Positions 37,015 through 50,295 of a stretch of 64,000 bases of DNA are shown here, piece by piece (the stretch's first letter is position 1; every line of letters starts with the position of its first letter). The position numbers and the translations under genes were made by a program. The stretch spans positions 17,820,912 through 17,884,911 of the forward strand of contig JAUZTB010000107.1 in assembly GCA_034780895.1 (NCBI GenBank), read 5' to 3'. The notes below the pieces were generated by a model. It saw nothing but the letters and a program-made list of their open reading frames with translations, had not been told where the DNA came from and made no database searches. Source of the DNA: Rhynchobatus australiae. Its lineage: Eukaryota.

Positions 37015-38189
37015 TGTCAAAAACCATGAAGGCAGCCAACGTCCTCCCACAAGAAAGTCCTGGGCCCCTGAATCTTGGCAGGCTCTCTTATGAAAAGCTG
37101 AGTAGGCTAAAGCCATTTCAACATAAAAGTCCCTTGCAATCGCAGAGAATCTATGCACTACACATTTTCCCAATTTCCTCTGAACTGTACTAAATGCAAA
37201 TAAAGTTGCTCACAACACAATATTGTGATATTTAGTTAGAAATGTCTACGTTAGAGAAAAAGAATTTGACAAAAGGAAAACCAAGACTTTTTAGGGGTTA
37301 GATGTATGTCAATAATTTTCAACATTGTCAACAATTATTGCTTCTGGCATTTTATAATACACGAATATGAAGCAATTGATCAATAAAATGTCATGAGAAA
37401 ATAATTTCTGTCAAGTCTGCCAACTCCCCTGTAGACTTTTAATGCAGAATATTTGCCTGCTGGGGAAGGCTGATGTCAGCGCTTGTGAACACAGCTCAGT
37501 GAAAGGATAAGGGCGCCTTTGTTTTCAGCTGAACTGTGAAAATGAGAAAATGGCCCCAGCCGACAAACAAGAAATCCACACTGCATGGGTCATCTTAAGC
37601 ACCTTGCTAATGTTTTTAAAAGTACAGTTCATGTACTAGATATATCCCCGTTCACCAAAGCCTTTTTTTGGTCAAGAGATCTGGAAAATGTGATTGAAAG
37701 CAGAGGGTTCTGCTAATAACACAAGATTCTCAGAATCTGTTGGGGGGTGGACATGACGAGGAGGAAGATGGAAACTGCCTTGAGTAAAGACCTGCCAGAA
37801 AGAGTAGAGTCAAATTCTCATGTTACCCAGTTATGACACATGGAATCTTTCATGCATGCTGCGAATTAAGGTTAAAAAAAATGGCTTACAATTGTTTTCA
37901 TTTAAATATGGCTCCAAACATTTAAAAAGGAAATTAAAAAGTATACTGGCGTCAATCCCATTTGTGCTTGCGAAAGGAATGATTGTTCCAGCCCCAAATA
38001 GGTATTATGCTGGAGGGTAACAACTAAAATTGAACTTGCCTCCATTTATTCCACTCTCCTTGTGCCAAGGTAGTTCTGACTTCCAGGGGCATTGTTGTGC
38101 AATGTTGTATAGCGGAGACAAGATGGTAAAATACCTTTGTTTTGCAGATGTGAAGCACAAGTCCCCCCTCTCCTATGCTTCAGTAAAGA

Positions 38190-39030
38190 AGCTTATCATA
38201 ACTTGGATTGTGGCCTCCAAAAATGCACATACACATCTACATACTGCAGTTTGATGACAAACTGGGGTGACCTTGGTTCCAGAGTGGTGGTGGTGGTGGC
38301 ATAGGTTGAATGGCAAGACCCTAGAGAGCTTTCCACATCTCAAGAGCCAGCTCTCAATGAAGGCAGACATCAATCACAAAGTTCATCGACCAGCCTATCG
38401 CTTGGTCATTTGAGAAAGTGTCTGAACATCATGACTTCAAACCCAGCACAAAAGCTCATTATCTACCATGCAAAAGTGATCCCTACCTTCCTCAATTGTT
38501 CTAAGACACAGACCACATACAGCAGGTACTTCAAAACACTGGAGATACCACCAGCGTCATCTCTGTACAATCCTCCATATCCTCTGGCAGGGTATGCAAA
38601 CACTGTTAGCATCCCTTCCCAGGCCAACATTCTTGGCATTAAGCCCTAATTACACATGGTCAACTACATTGGGCAGGCCACATTATTCGCATGCCTGACT
38701 CCAATTCCCGAAATAGCCACTACATCATGGCAAAAAATTACCAGGTGGACAGAGGAAATGATGCATGGACATTTTCAAAAAACACAATCCCTGCCAACTC
38801 ATGGGAATCCTTAGCCCTGGTCCACAGCCACTCGAAATGGAGAAGGAGAATTTTGATTTCCTTCAGAAACGCACAAAACCATAGGGTAAATGGTACAAGG
38901 CATTCACCATCTCTTATCTAACCCACCCATCTGCCCCACTGGTAGTAGGGTTTGCAGGTGTCCACCTCAAAATCACAAAACTGGAATGGAAGCAACTCAT
39001 CCCTTGAGCCCGAAGAACTGTCAAAGAAGT
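38190..39030 (+). mobile_element. RTE-clade (BovB-like) LINE 3' fragment
   Basis: Decayed SQLS.KADI...GHLRK...KL.IY.A.V.PT.L..S.T.T.YSR..K.LE motifs, then W.GH..RM, typical of the RTE ORF C-terminus. Confidence 0.7.
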
Positions 39031-41419
39031 TCGAATGCTTGACTCATTTAGACTGACCCCTCATATACGAGTGTTGGATATCACTTTTATTTTTAAAAAG
39101 TCCACGGTCAATTTAAGTGACCACTAAAAAAAGACAAGGAGGTCACTAGATTAATGATTTGAAAATGACTTCAAAATGGTTCCCTCCCCTTCAATTCCCC
39201 AAATGCTCAGGAGCATATGATGTGATAGTATACCAGAGAGATTCCCAGTTTCAATGTGCTAATTGCAGCAGCCTTATGGAAGGGAGCGTCAGACAAGATT
39301 GGTGGTCCTGATTACATTTGTGTGATCTGTACTCCAAAGATGAGAACACCTGAATCTTCGGATGAAACAATAAGGTTTGCTTTCTTTGCTTTTCCTGTCA
39401 CTGCCAGAGTTCAAGTGAAATACTGTGCCCACATAACTGATATCACTGACAATTCAGACAGACACACGAGAAGGGATGAGCAGAAAATTTGAGGGGTGGG
39501 GGAAAAAAGTTTTCTTGCACCCCTACCTCCCCCCTAATTCTGGAAGATCAGGTTAGAAAGTTACAGACCTTTAGCTCAGCCACTTCTAGAATGGCAGTTA
39601 TTAGAAATGTGAACAGGCCAACGAGCAAAGAGCTAGAGTTTCATTTGTACAAAATTGTTCAGTTTTGCTGAGTTACACTTAATAGCCCATTTAAGTCTTT
39701 AACATCAACACATATGTAGATGTCCTTTTCTGTAACAGTCAGTTTTCATTCGCAGAGTACAGCATGTTCTTCTTTATGCCACCAATTGTAGAGAACTGAA
39801 ATCATGCCAGATTTGCCCTGGCAAAAATTGATAATGTAAATCAGATTTTCTTTCTACCGCATTTTGAAATAAACTTGTCATGTTGCAGAATAGCTGTTGG
39901 TAAACATTTTAAACAAATGGCCCAAATTCAAAGTAACAAAGCAAGGTAGCCAAGTTTACAGAAATCGTCAAGCCTGAAGGGACCCAAGAACTAGGTTACA
40001 AATAGAACTGAGCTGATCAGTAGATACACCATATGTAACTAAACTGCATGTCAAAGCACCAGGTTTCATACTCAGGAATGAATGAAACTCCGAGTAAAAA
40101 GTGAATTAGACCTATAAATCTTGCTAATACTTCACTTTTCACAACTATTACAAAGGAATTCGAATCAACAAAAAACATTTCTGCAGTTGTAAATAGCTTT
40201 TATCAGCTGACATAGATTCAGTTCAGTTCTCATGATGGGTTGGAACCATCTAGCCTCGAAAGGCAGCAAAAGAAACACAACTGGGTCAAACACGAGTGAT
40301 GACCAATAAAAACGTCAACTTTTCATGACTGAAGAGCAACATCTGAGGACTCCCCTCCATTTGGTACATTATGCTGAAAACTATTAAAACAGACATTTAT
40401 ATAGCAGCAACAAGCAAATGTAGAGAAATAACCTCTATTCTAGGTGGATTAAAAGAAAATGGGACTGCAGGAATTCAGGATTTAAGAGTAGCTTGGGACA
40501 TTTACAATTATTTCTCTGGAAAAAAAAGGAACAGTGCAGCTCCCTCCCTGGCATCCCATTTGAAAACACTTAAGAAGCAGGTAGCTATTGCCATAGGAAG
40601 ATGGTGGATAGTAATCAGGAAGGGGAATATCAAATGAACTGAAGCATCTTCAATTAAACATTTCTTGAACCTTATGTGTGTAATAAACTAAAGTGGGTCA
40701 AGTGCAAAAAGAACAAAATGAGAATAGAACACTTACCAGTAATTAACTGCATAAAAGCAGTGTTTTGTTTTGAAAGCTATGTTTTGATTTTCTTTCCTTC
40801 ATCTGAATCAAGCCTGCAATATGGACTTTTTGCAGGTTATCTGGTTTTGGATAACATCCACAAATTTACATTTAGTTTACACAAACTAACTTCAAGCGCA
40901 AGGGCCAAGACGTGTTATGAAAGCCAGAACTTTACTGAAAGCTGCATTCTGCAGAAGCTTACCATGCTACAAGTAATGAAAGAACTCTGGAAGTAATTAT
41001 ATACCATCCGTTTTACTGGCATTAAATTGCAAGGGTGTTTCCGTTTTCCTTTACCTTAAATACAGATATTTGAACATGATTGTGACCCTGAGTAAAGTCT
41101 GATGCAAGACATCATTTTAGCTGACATTGTGGAAAAACATGTCTTACAACCCACACTAAACAAGATTCAGCTTCCTTCTGAAATAAGGATGGTTTGTACT
41201 CCTTTGATAAATAACTACATATTTCACAAAGATCCAGGTTTGTGAATACATTCAATTAGGTTGAATTTCAATTAGTTGATTTCAAAGTATTATTCCACAA
41301 TTCCACTAGTGCAATTTCTGCTGGTAGAGTGTATATGAACTGGAAAATGGTGAGACACAAAAGTGGCAAATATTGAAAAGGGAAAAAAAAAAATTGCTTT
41401 ATACCAGGTGAATGTCTGT

Positions 41420-42085
41420 GGCTCATACTACAACTCATGAATGGTAGGGCCCTAGGGAGTATAAAGGAACAAGGGACTTTGGTCTACAACTCTAAGGATC
41501 CCTGAAGTCGGCAGCACAGGTAAATAAGGCATAGCGATGTTTGCCTTCATTAGCCAGGCACAGAATACAAAAGCAGGGAGGTAATGGTACAACCACATGA
41601 AACACTGGTTAGGCTAAAGCTGGAATACAGTATGTACTTCCAGTTGCCACAGTTGAGTAAAGACATGACTGCGCTGGAAAGAGCAGAGATTCGCCAGGAT
41701 GCTATCCAAAATGGAGCATTTCAGCTTTGAGGAGGAGAGACTGTACAGGAGGCAGCTGAGGTGTATAAGATTATGAGGGATGTAGATTGGATAGAGAGCA
41801 AGAAACTTCTCCCCACAGCAGAGGTATCCAAAACCAGAGGCACGGGTTTAAGGGGTAGGAGATTTAACAGGGGATTTGAAGAAGAGTTCTTTTTTCTACA
41901 CATAGGAGTGGTTGAGATGGAGACGCTCAACATTTAAGCATGTAAATGATCAACTCAAGTAACAAGGCATTGAAGGCTATGGACCAAGTGCTGGTTAATG
42001 GGATTAGTACTAACGTGCAATTGATGGTTGGCATGAAGATGGTGGGCCGAAGGGTTTGATTTTGTACCTTACAATTATGACTCTA
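41420..42085 (+). mobile_element. CR1 3' fragment
   Basis: Y..NGR.LG...DLG, LVR.KLEY, VYKIMR, KTRGH.FK motifs and a CR1 tail. Confidence 0.8.
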
Positions 42086-43537
42086 ATGGAAATTCTGGCC
42101 TTGATGAACTCTAAGTTGCTACAAATTCATTTCTAAATTCCACTTTACTCACTACCACCAAAACTCAGCCATTTCACCATGACTGGGTGGTGGTATGATG
42201 GGAGGGAGTGCTGATACAGAGGGAGAGGTCACGAGAACATTCTCCTTCACTCCATATTTACCAAGAGTTCTTGTTGGTCAACCTTTCTAGCAAAACCAGT
42301 TTCATATATTGCCAGCAGCTCAGAGCTTAGTCACCTAGTGGGAAAGCATAGATAGAAAGCAGCTTTTGTTGCACTGTGTACACTGGCACTGGACATTTCC
42401 AATGTTGCAATATTGTTCCTACCACCATCGATTTTTGGATGAAAAATGGAAATTACAAGTGCCAAAGTGAATTGGGAGAGTCAGTAAACCAAGTTAGCTA
42501 CTTACATACAGATTATGTAATATAATAATCACTCTATAGGACATTTCAGGAACTAGGCATGTAACTCATCAAAATCTTACACGTACAACATGCTTTGTTA
42601 ACTACATTTTATAAACAGCATGGAGACGTCATCCTGTTTGTGAACCAAGTCAGTTGTGAACTTCCATTGTTCTTCTCCATTTCAATGCCAGAAAATGTAT
42701 TGCATTATGTCACCATCCACTTTAAAGTAATGAATAAATCTTGTTGTTACTCTACTGTAACATAAAAGGAAACAGATTGCTGTGAATGGAACTTTTTTTT
42801 TATTTGCACAATTGTTATGTTGTCTGCATCCTTCAAAACAATTCAAATATACTTTCTACTGGGCTTGCTGCTTTAATTTATATCAAACAAATTAATAAAC
42901 CAATAACTTTTGATCCCTTAGCCTGAAGAACAGGTCACTAACTGCTTATACTCACCCCACTCCCAACCACCCCAAAGCCCATCTCCACTTCCTTAGTTTC
43001 CTCATTAACTTAACATGGTCCTTGAAAGGATCAATGCTCCTACACAGAGGCAGACACAATGGGAAAATCAGAATCAGAATCACAATCACAACAGCATACA
43101 GATCAGCAGAGTTGATTCACCTACAAATGACCACGGGAAAAGGGCTAGGATATGAGGGTTAGGGCTTCTGCAAGGTCGGAGCACAAACAAACAAAGGTGT
43201 CATGCATCTCAAAAATCTAGTTATCCTTCAGAAATCTGGTACCATACAACTTCCAAAATCTGAACTAGCAGCAGGATCATTGGACAGTTTAGCAACACAT
43301 CACATCTTTGGAACTTAGCCAAATTGTTACATTGCTAAACATTTATCAGGTCTGAAATGCTGCTTCACCAGCAGTTACTGATCTATTTTTACACCAATCA
43401 TGCACCGTCTATTAAGCTGTTTAAAACAAAAGCAAAATGCAGCTTGTAAACCAGGAGTTACTATCTTTTCATCAAGCCCAACTAAATATTAAAGATCTGT
43501 ATTTGCTTTGCGACTACACCACACTCTAACTGGCTAT

Positions 43538-43574
43538 GGAATGCATGGAATGAACTAAGTAGAGATCAGGAATG
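43538..43574. promoter_or_regulatory. TEAD (M-CAT) motif cluster GGAATG-cat-GGAATG...GGAATG
   Basis: Three perfect GGAATG in 37 bp (43538, 43547, 43569). The first two have a 3-bp spacer. Confidence 0.45.
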
Positions 43575-45029
43575 CAAACTGCCTCTGCTGACAATGTGTT
43601 GTGATCAATTTGCCTAGTCAGGAACAAGTGAAATCTGTTTCAGCTTTATGCTGTTCTGTATGGGAAAGTCATGGGAAAGGAGAAAGAAAAATGCATATAT
43701 CCACTCCAATGAATAAATTAAGAACAAACACAAAACCTGCTACAATTCCCTTAATAACTTGCATCGATGATCATCTCCAAGAACTAAGCAATTTTTCAGT
43801 ATTGGTATTCAAAATTTAAAGTTTGTGCGGCACAAGTCAGGAATATTAGTTCTCACCACTTTTGCTGGTTTTTTTAATGTTCAATAAAAAAACTATTTTA
43901 ATTCAATTTCCAAACCGTTTGGTTTTTCCTTCCCTGATTCTATTCTCTCAAAATTCAAATATCCTTTGCATTTTGACCAAATACAATCTCTTGAGTACCA
44001 CCTTAAAAAGAGATGAAACAACAGAAGTTTAGGTTAGGAATTCTAATGCTTACAAATGCATGGTCAAAGCCACATCTAGTTTCTTGTGAATTACACAATG
44101 GGCAATGCACAAAAAAATTAGAATTTAGAAGCACAGAGCAAAGATATTGGGGAGATTCGGACATGAAGATGACAATGTTAAATTGAGCCACTGGTAGACC
44201 AGGGTATAATCCAGCTCAGTAAACAGAGGAAAGGGTGACTGGAGGAATTTGACACTGGTTAGAATGTGAGCAGCAATATCTGAATAACTGGTTTATGCAG
44301 GAGGGAAGAGGAGGAGAGACAGGCAAAGAAAATATTGGAGAATTGAGTCAGGAACAAAAGTATGCATCAATATTTTAGCAGCATAATAAGTACAATGATA
44401 GAGACATGCAACATCACAGAAGGGATAAATATAAAGGAGGAAATACTTGGCATAATTTCAACTCAACATTTGTTTGGGCATTACATCTTCAGATCATCAT
44501 GTTCAGTCTCAGTTAATGGTTCAAAGCCGAAGGGAATTGCAGCAAGAGAACATGACTTCTGTACTGATAGCTTGAGATGGCACAGGAAACTTCTGTTCCA
44601 AAGAAATCTGCAAACATGGGCATTAGTAGTTCTAGAATAAATTTATCTTAAAGTTGATAAATGTGCAGATTCCTAGAATCGATGGAACATTGCTCTTTCC
44701 AATGTTGTTTCCGCTGTATGTGTGTTGAGAAGACCCAACACCACTACCATAGTGTTGGGTCCTCCCAATATTTTACTAGGAAAGACTACAACTCTTACAG
44801 AGCCCTTATATTGGGCAAGCAATTGCACAGGGACAGGGTATGCATAGTACAATTTTCCCACCAAAGAACTCTAGGCCATCACTGGTCAGATGTATTTCAG
44901 ATCTACAGTAACAAGTTTAATGTAATCAATCGACATTTGTGTTTAGTAATTTGTAAATTGTCAAAGTTACCAATTACCTATATTGCAATGATTGCTACTG
45001 CAGAAAATACAAATTGAGGATTCCGTTTA

Positions 45030-45480
45030 GCTTTATGGATCTTCCAATTTAATAGTATTGAGTTTCAAAATTTTACTTTTATCTATCATGGGCCAAATTT
45101 GAACACAGCACCTGAATAGACAAGCTGAGAACTTGTCAACAGCCTGAGACAGATTTGTTGGCACTACAATACGTTCTAAGAGGGTCCAACAAAAAGTGTG
45201 GTTGCCATTGAGTTTCCAGACTCCCACCTACAGATTAAATACTGGACCAAGGTGAACCATATTCATATGGCATACAACAGGCATGGCTATTTATTAAACA
45301 AAATGGAGCATCACAGACTATCCAAGCTATGTACCCAATGAGGAACAAGCCACATTACCAACTCGTGCCCATGAATTTGCATTTCATGGAGGGACTAAAG
45401 CAATCCATTTAGCTGGCCCAGAAGTCAAATATTATCAAACCTCAGCAACGTTATTTAACCAGATCCTTTTTGGCCTATGC
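45030..45480 (+). mobile_element. Probable ingi/Vingi-clade LINE 3' remnant
   Basis: Frameshifted peptide PTK...YWTKVNHIHM.YNRHGYLLNK/WSITDYPS...EEQ/HITNSCP/AFHGGTKAIHLAGPEV. Confidence 0.45.
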
Positions 45481-47249
45481 TTGCCATAATCACTGAAACA
45501 AGTTGAAAACTTTGTTGATTAATAGCAAGAGAGGGTTTGTAAAGGTTGGCAAGGAGCCAAGACTGTCAGCACAATTCTGGGTTTAAAGAAATATGCAAAA
45601 GCAAAAAAAACTCAACTTCCAAGAAAAAATGTTGCAAGTCATACTGCAGGATTATTTTATTTCAAGGAGTGGCATTTCTGATTACATATTCTCTCTGTTG
45701 AAAACAAGATCCACATAGTACACAGAGACAGACTGATCAGCATGAGTTAAAGCAAAGATCTCACTGCATAACTTACTGGAATAAAAAGGTACATAGTTTG
45801 ACATACCTTGCAGAGACCGCTCAGGCTAGTGTGGATTCTACATTGGCTAGGACAAATTCAATTTCATTGTAGCACCCAAAGGTCAAGTTCTAGTCACTTG
45901 TGAGCTTAATTCTTTTTTACGTGCAAAGCATTAACATCAGACACTACTTTATTTAGGAGTCAAAATACTGAATCTCAGAACATAGCACATGTTGAAATCC
46001 TCATTGTAAATAACTTTTTAATTCCATCTGGATATCATGGATTTGTTATATTAAGTATTTCTACAGTCAGTTACCCCTCAGGTTTCATTATAATTAACAA
46101 CTGTTTAGTATTTAAAACCACAGACTCTAGGCTTGAGAATTTCTGAAGAATGAGTGCTTCTATATTATGTCATCTTCAGTAGGGGGCTGACCCAGATACC
46201 CACAGCTGTTGACACTTCCATATACAACAGCATCCAACTGAGGTGTTCGGACTGCAGTGGTCTCCCAACCCTCCTCTGGAAACAGACACTTCACCAGTCT
46301 GCATCGTAAATGCAGCAAACAAGATCAGCATGTTAATACAATTCCATCATGACACCAAACTGCATGATGACATGATTGTGACAGACTGGAATGGATCAGT
46401 GTCTGATCCTGGTGCCAATATTATAAAATAAAATTCCACACGCAATTAAAAGAATATTCTGCTTCAATGACTCTTCCAAGAACTGCACAAAGCAGCAAAC
46501 AGGATCTGGGACATGTCTGGTTCTGAATGGTTCAGCTAATTTGTTAAGGCAATCTCCCAAGACTGCAATTTACATTCTGTTTCCATTTCTTCCACCATTG
46601 AAAAAAAAAGACCTCCAGAGGTTATGGGAGTGACACTTCCCAATTTTGCACATAGTTTATATTCTTTGGGAAGGACGATAATTCACAAACAGACAAAGCT
46701 ATGCCAAATAAAGGTCCACATAACCCAATCTACAACTGTAGGCTAGGAATTCCTTCAGTTGCATCTACTGCAATCCAGTTATTTTTAAAAATACTTATTA
46801 CTTCTNNNNNNNNNNNNNNNNNNNNNNNNNNNNNNNNNNNNNNNNNNNNNNNNNNNNNNNNNNNNNNNNNNNNNNNNNNNNNNNNNNNNNNNNNNNNNNN
46901 NNNNNCCCCCGCCAGAAAAACAGAAAGGGTTCTACGTTATCCCCAGTTCCATTTTCACAAATCACGTGCAACATAACTTGCAGTAACCTGCCACCTACTT
47001 TCATTATCCCCCAAATGAGGGGGCAAAACACTTGTGGTACTTTTAACAGATCACAAACTCTAATTGCTCAACAGCCATTTCACTAATATGTACACAGGCA
47101 TTGAGGGAAAAAAAATCAATAAGACCACACCAAACAAAGTCCTCTCCACCACCAACATACATACCCATATCTTTCAGCAAGTCATTGGAAAGAACCAAGT
47201 CCAATACTTGACAATTATGAATTCCATCCTCTCCCTTTCAGCTTTTGGA

Positions 47250-47480
47250 GTGAAGAGTTACTCAGCACAGATACAGGCCTTTTGGCCCACTGCATGTGCC
47301 GACCATCAAGTACCCATCAATACTAATCTCACTTACCAGCACTTGAGTTGCTAAGGCATAGTAGGTTACAAACGAAGTCCCTGTCCAGATTCTTCTTAAA
47401 TATTGTGTACCTGCCTCCACCCTCTTCTCAGGCAGTGCTTTCCACATTGCAACCACCTACTGATCCCCTCTAAATCTTTC
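47250..47480 (-). mobile_element. CR1 3' remnant
   Basis: ORF 47262-47456 VVAMWKALPEK.VEAGT and the tail acaggccttttggcccac. Confidence 0.7.
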
Positions 47481-50108
47481 TTTAATCAAGCTCATGTGAT
47501 TACCACCATCCCAAGTGATATCAACTAACTCAGCACACATCAGGAAATGAACACAAGATTCTCCACATCTTCAAGGCCAAGTTCCACCATCAGTCTTTGG
47601 CTGAGCTTACAACAGGAGTTCCATAAATAGAATTCAAATATTTTGGAACCCTTGGTAAGCACTGCAACAACATGCACAGGGTATCTGAATAATTCCCTAG
47701 AGTGACAGAGGAAAATGGCAGGGACATGGAAAACCAGCTTATTGGGAAACTTAAAATTAACTAGTTTTAACTATTACATATCCAAGGCCAGGCCAAGTTT
47801 ACAGATTCAGAAACATACATCTTCATTAAATGTGTGAGTTCTATATCTATTTTGCAAATAGTACAGTGCACAAAGGGGGAGCAGTACTTTACACACAGTA
47901 TGACATGATGCAAAACTTAGATTAACAAAAATAACATTAGTGCTCGCAGCAATATCTGTCCAATCAAATTCTTTTCTCCTATAAAGTTTGATCAATCATT
48001 ATAGGGTAGCAGCTCAAACAGGGCAAGGTATCAGAAGCTTGTTTCAGCCACTTCTAAAACTGTATGCACTGATTGTCATTATGTGAGCTAACTGCTGGGG
48101 AGATCAGATTATAAATGTGTTTTTCCCTTTATTTAACTCCCAATCATTAATGCAAATTACATAATATTTAATGATAAGCATTCAACCTAACTTGTTGAAT
48201 GCAATGGTGCAGAGCCATACAAGATGTACTTGCCCACTGAGCCACCAGCAGTTTTATTAACTAAATGATCTACAAATTGCCTCGATGTCAGACCAAGACA
48301 AGACTCATTGATAAAACTTCCCCGGTCTACCAAAGAACTGAAAAGCCGCACATACTAACCAGATGCACAAATAAAGGAAACTTTAGCAAATGACTACAAA
48401 ATGTATTGGAGAATAGAGGGAGGGAAAAACAGGAGAAAAGAAATCTTAAAAATTATTTAAAATTATGTAAAACAATTTTAAATTGGACCGTATCACTTCA
48501 AAACTACAAATATTCATACTCTGAATAATTCTCTCTCTGCAAACAAGCAATGTATAAAACAATATGTAGAAGATTCCTTTCATCAGCTAGCCAGAGGCTA
48601 CATTTTGACACAGAAAGCAAGAAAGAAAAACAACTCTATTGCCTCTGTTTCCATTTTATGGGTTCCTGCATTCAGATCTTAGCATCTGGTATCCTGACAA
48701 CAAATGTATTCTTTCAGAATTCCTTTCTCTGGTTAATGTAAAAAGTAATATTTTCAAGTACATTAAAAGCCGATTGGATTTTTGTTCTAAGATATGTTTG
48801 CCCAGTTACCAACCACAATCTAGAAACATTTTTCTAGTGAAAACCAAAACTGTACCATAACGAGTCTTGTAAAATGGGAGAGGGTGGGGCAAATGAAGGC
48901 AAGTTGCACTTGACCACTACACAAAACATAACAATGTCAGCGTATCTGAAACACCTATGAAATTTTTTGCTTAACTTTGTTTTCCAAATATAGGCAGTGT
49001 CAATATTTATTGCCCAACTCCCATTTGCCCACAGAACAAGGTGGTTTTCTCTTGTTGAACAACGTCAATTTTGTGGTATTGCTCCCACATTACTGCAAAT
49101 CGGAAAGCAAAGAGCTTTGCAACTATCAAAGATGAAGAAATAGCTGTATGTATTCAAGTCAGATAGCACAATCTGCAAAAGTGGTGTTCCTGCTAATCCT
49201 TTGACTTGGGTAGAGGTCAAAGGTTTAGGATGTGCTGTTGAATTGTTGCAACTCATTCTCCAAACAATAATCCAGCCACAGTGGTGAAAAAGTTGGATAT
49301 TCAGTATAGTGGCATGGATCACATTGTGTGAGATAAAGTAGCACTGTACACTGATAATAAAGAGTGATAATACCTCAGATTATTGGGGTGGTAAAATATA
49401 CAGTCCCACAGTACAAGCTGAAAAGGGAATCAAACACCCATAAAGCAATGTCACGTGACAGGCTGTAAGGCTAAGATTAAATTAGTACATTTAACACATC
49501 AACAAATGACAATGAGCAAGAAGCCAGACCAAGTGAAGTCTTACTGGAAATTGAGAGGGTGGGGGGGAAGAATATGGTCTAGATACAACAATGAACAAGT
49601 AGAAGGCATATCAACGTGCATACAGTGTTAGTATTTTTAAAAAATTACTGGTTATGGTGGATAAACATATCAGATGCTTGTATATTTCATAATCTTAATC
49701 CTTCCTCCTCATACCCCTCTTCCTCCGCCACCCCTAAAAAAGATTTATTTTATTGTTAGAAGCACAACTGTGAGGCAAGGATTGTGACAGATTGAGAATT
49801 TGATAGCCTTTTTGTTTTGAACATGACTGACAGCAGTATATGCACAGACAGTATTTACACAAGCGTACTATTTGGTTAAGAGTTTTCTTTGGACCCAGGT
49901 TTTCCTGCAAATTTTACTTCAGTAAAACCAGTAGACAGACCCAATAAAGAATGTAAACTGATAGCAGAACTCAAGGACAGGCATTACCACATGTGTAAAT
50001 CCTAGCTGTCTCAGAAGTTGCTTGCCATTCAGGACATTCCAACCATTTCCATCTTTTGTAACTGATGTAGCCTAAAAGTTCAGAGTCTCCAGTCAAAACA
50101 AAACTTAC

Positions 50109-50295
50109 ACTTGAACATATAACCTGCTTGTTTTGGAGAATTGCTCGCTCTCACTTTCCACGTCATCATCACCCTGGTCTCCACTGAACTTCCTCTTGTT
50201 GGGGCTAATAGGTGGAGGTCCTGTACGATGGTTGGTGAGTGCAGAGGACACTGGGATCGACTGCATCCTACCGTCACTCCTTAATGCAGCTTCAC
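50109..50295 (-). CDS. VGLL4: vgll4 coding exon 2, (G)EAALRSDGRMQSIPVSSALTNHRTGPPPISPNKRKFSGDQGDDDVESESEQFSKTSRLYVQ(V)
   Basis: Acceptor tacag|, donor GT|gtaagt, 187 nt, phase 1 to 2. Matches VGLL4 EAALRGEPR...HRTGPPPISPSKRKFS, including the KRK basic motif. Confidence 0.95.
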
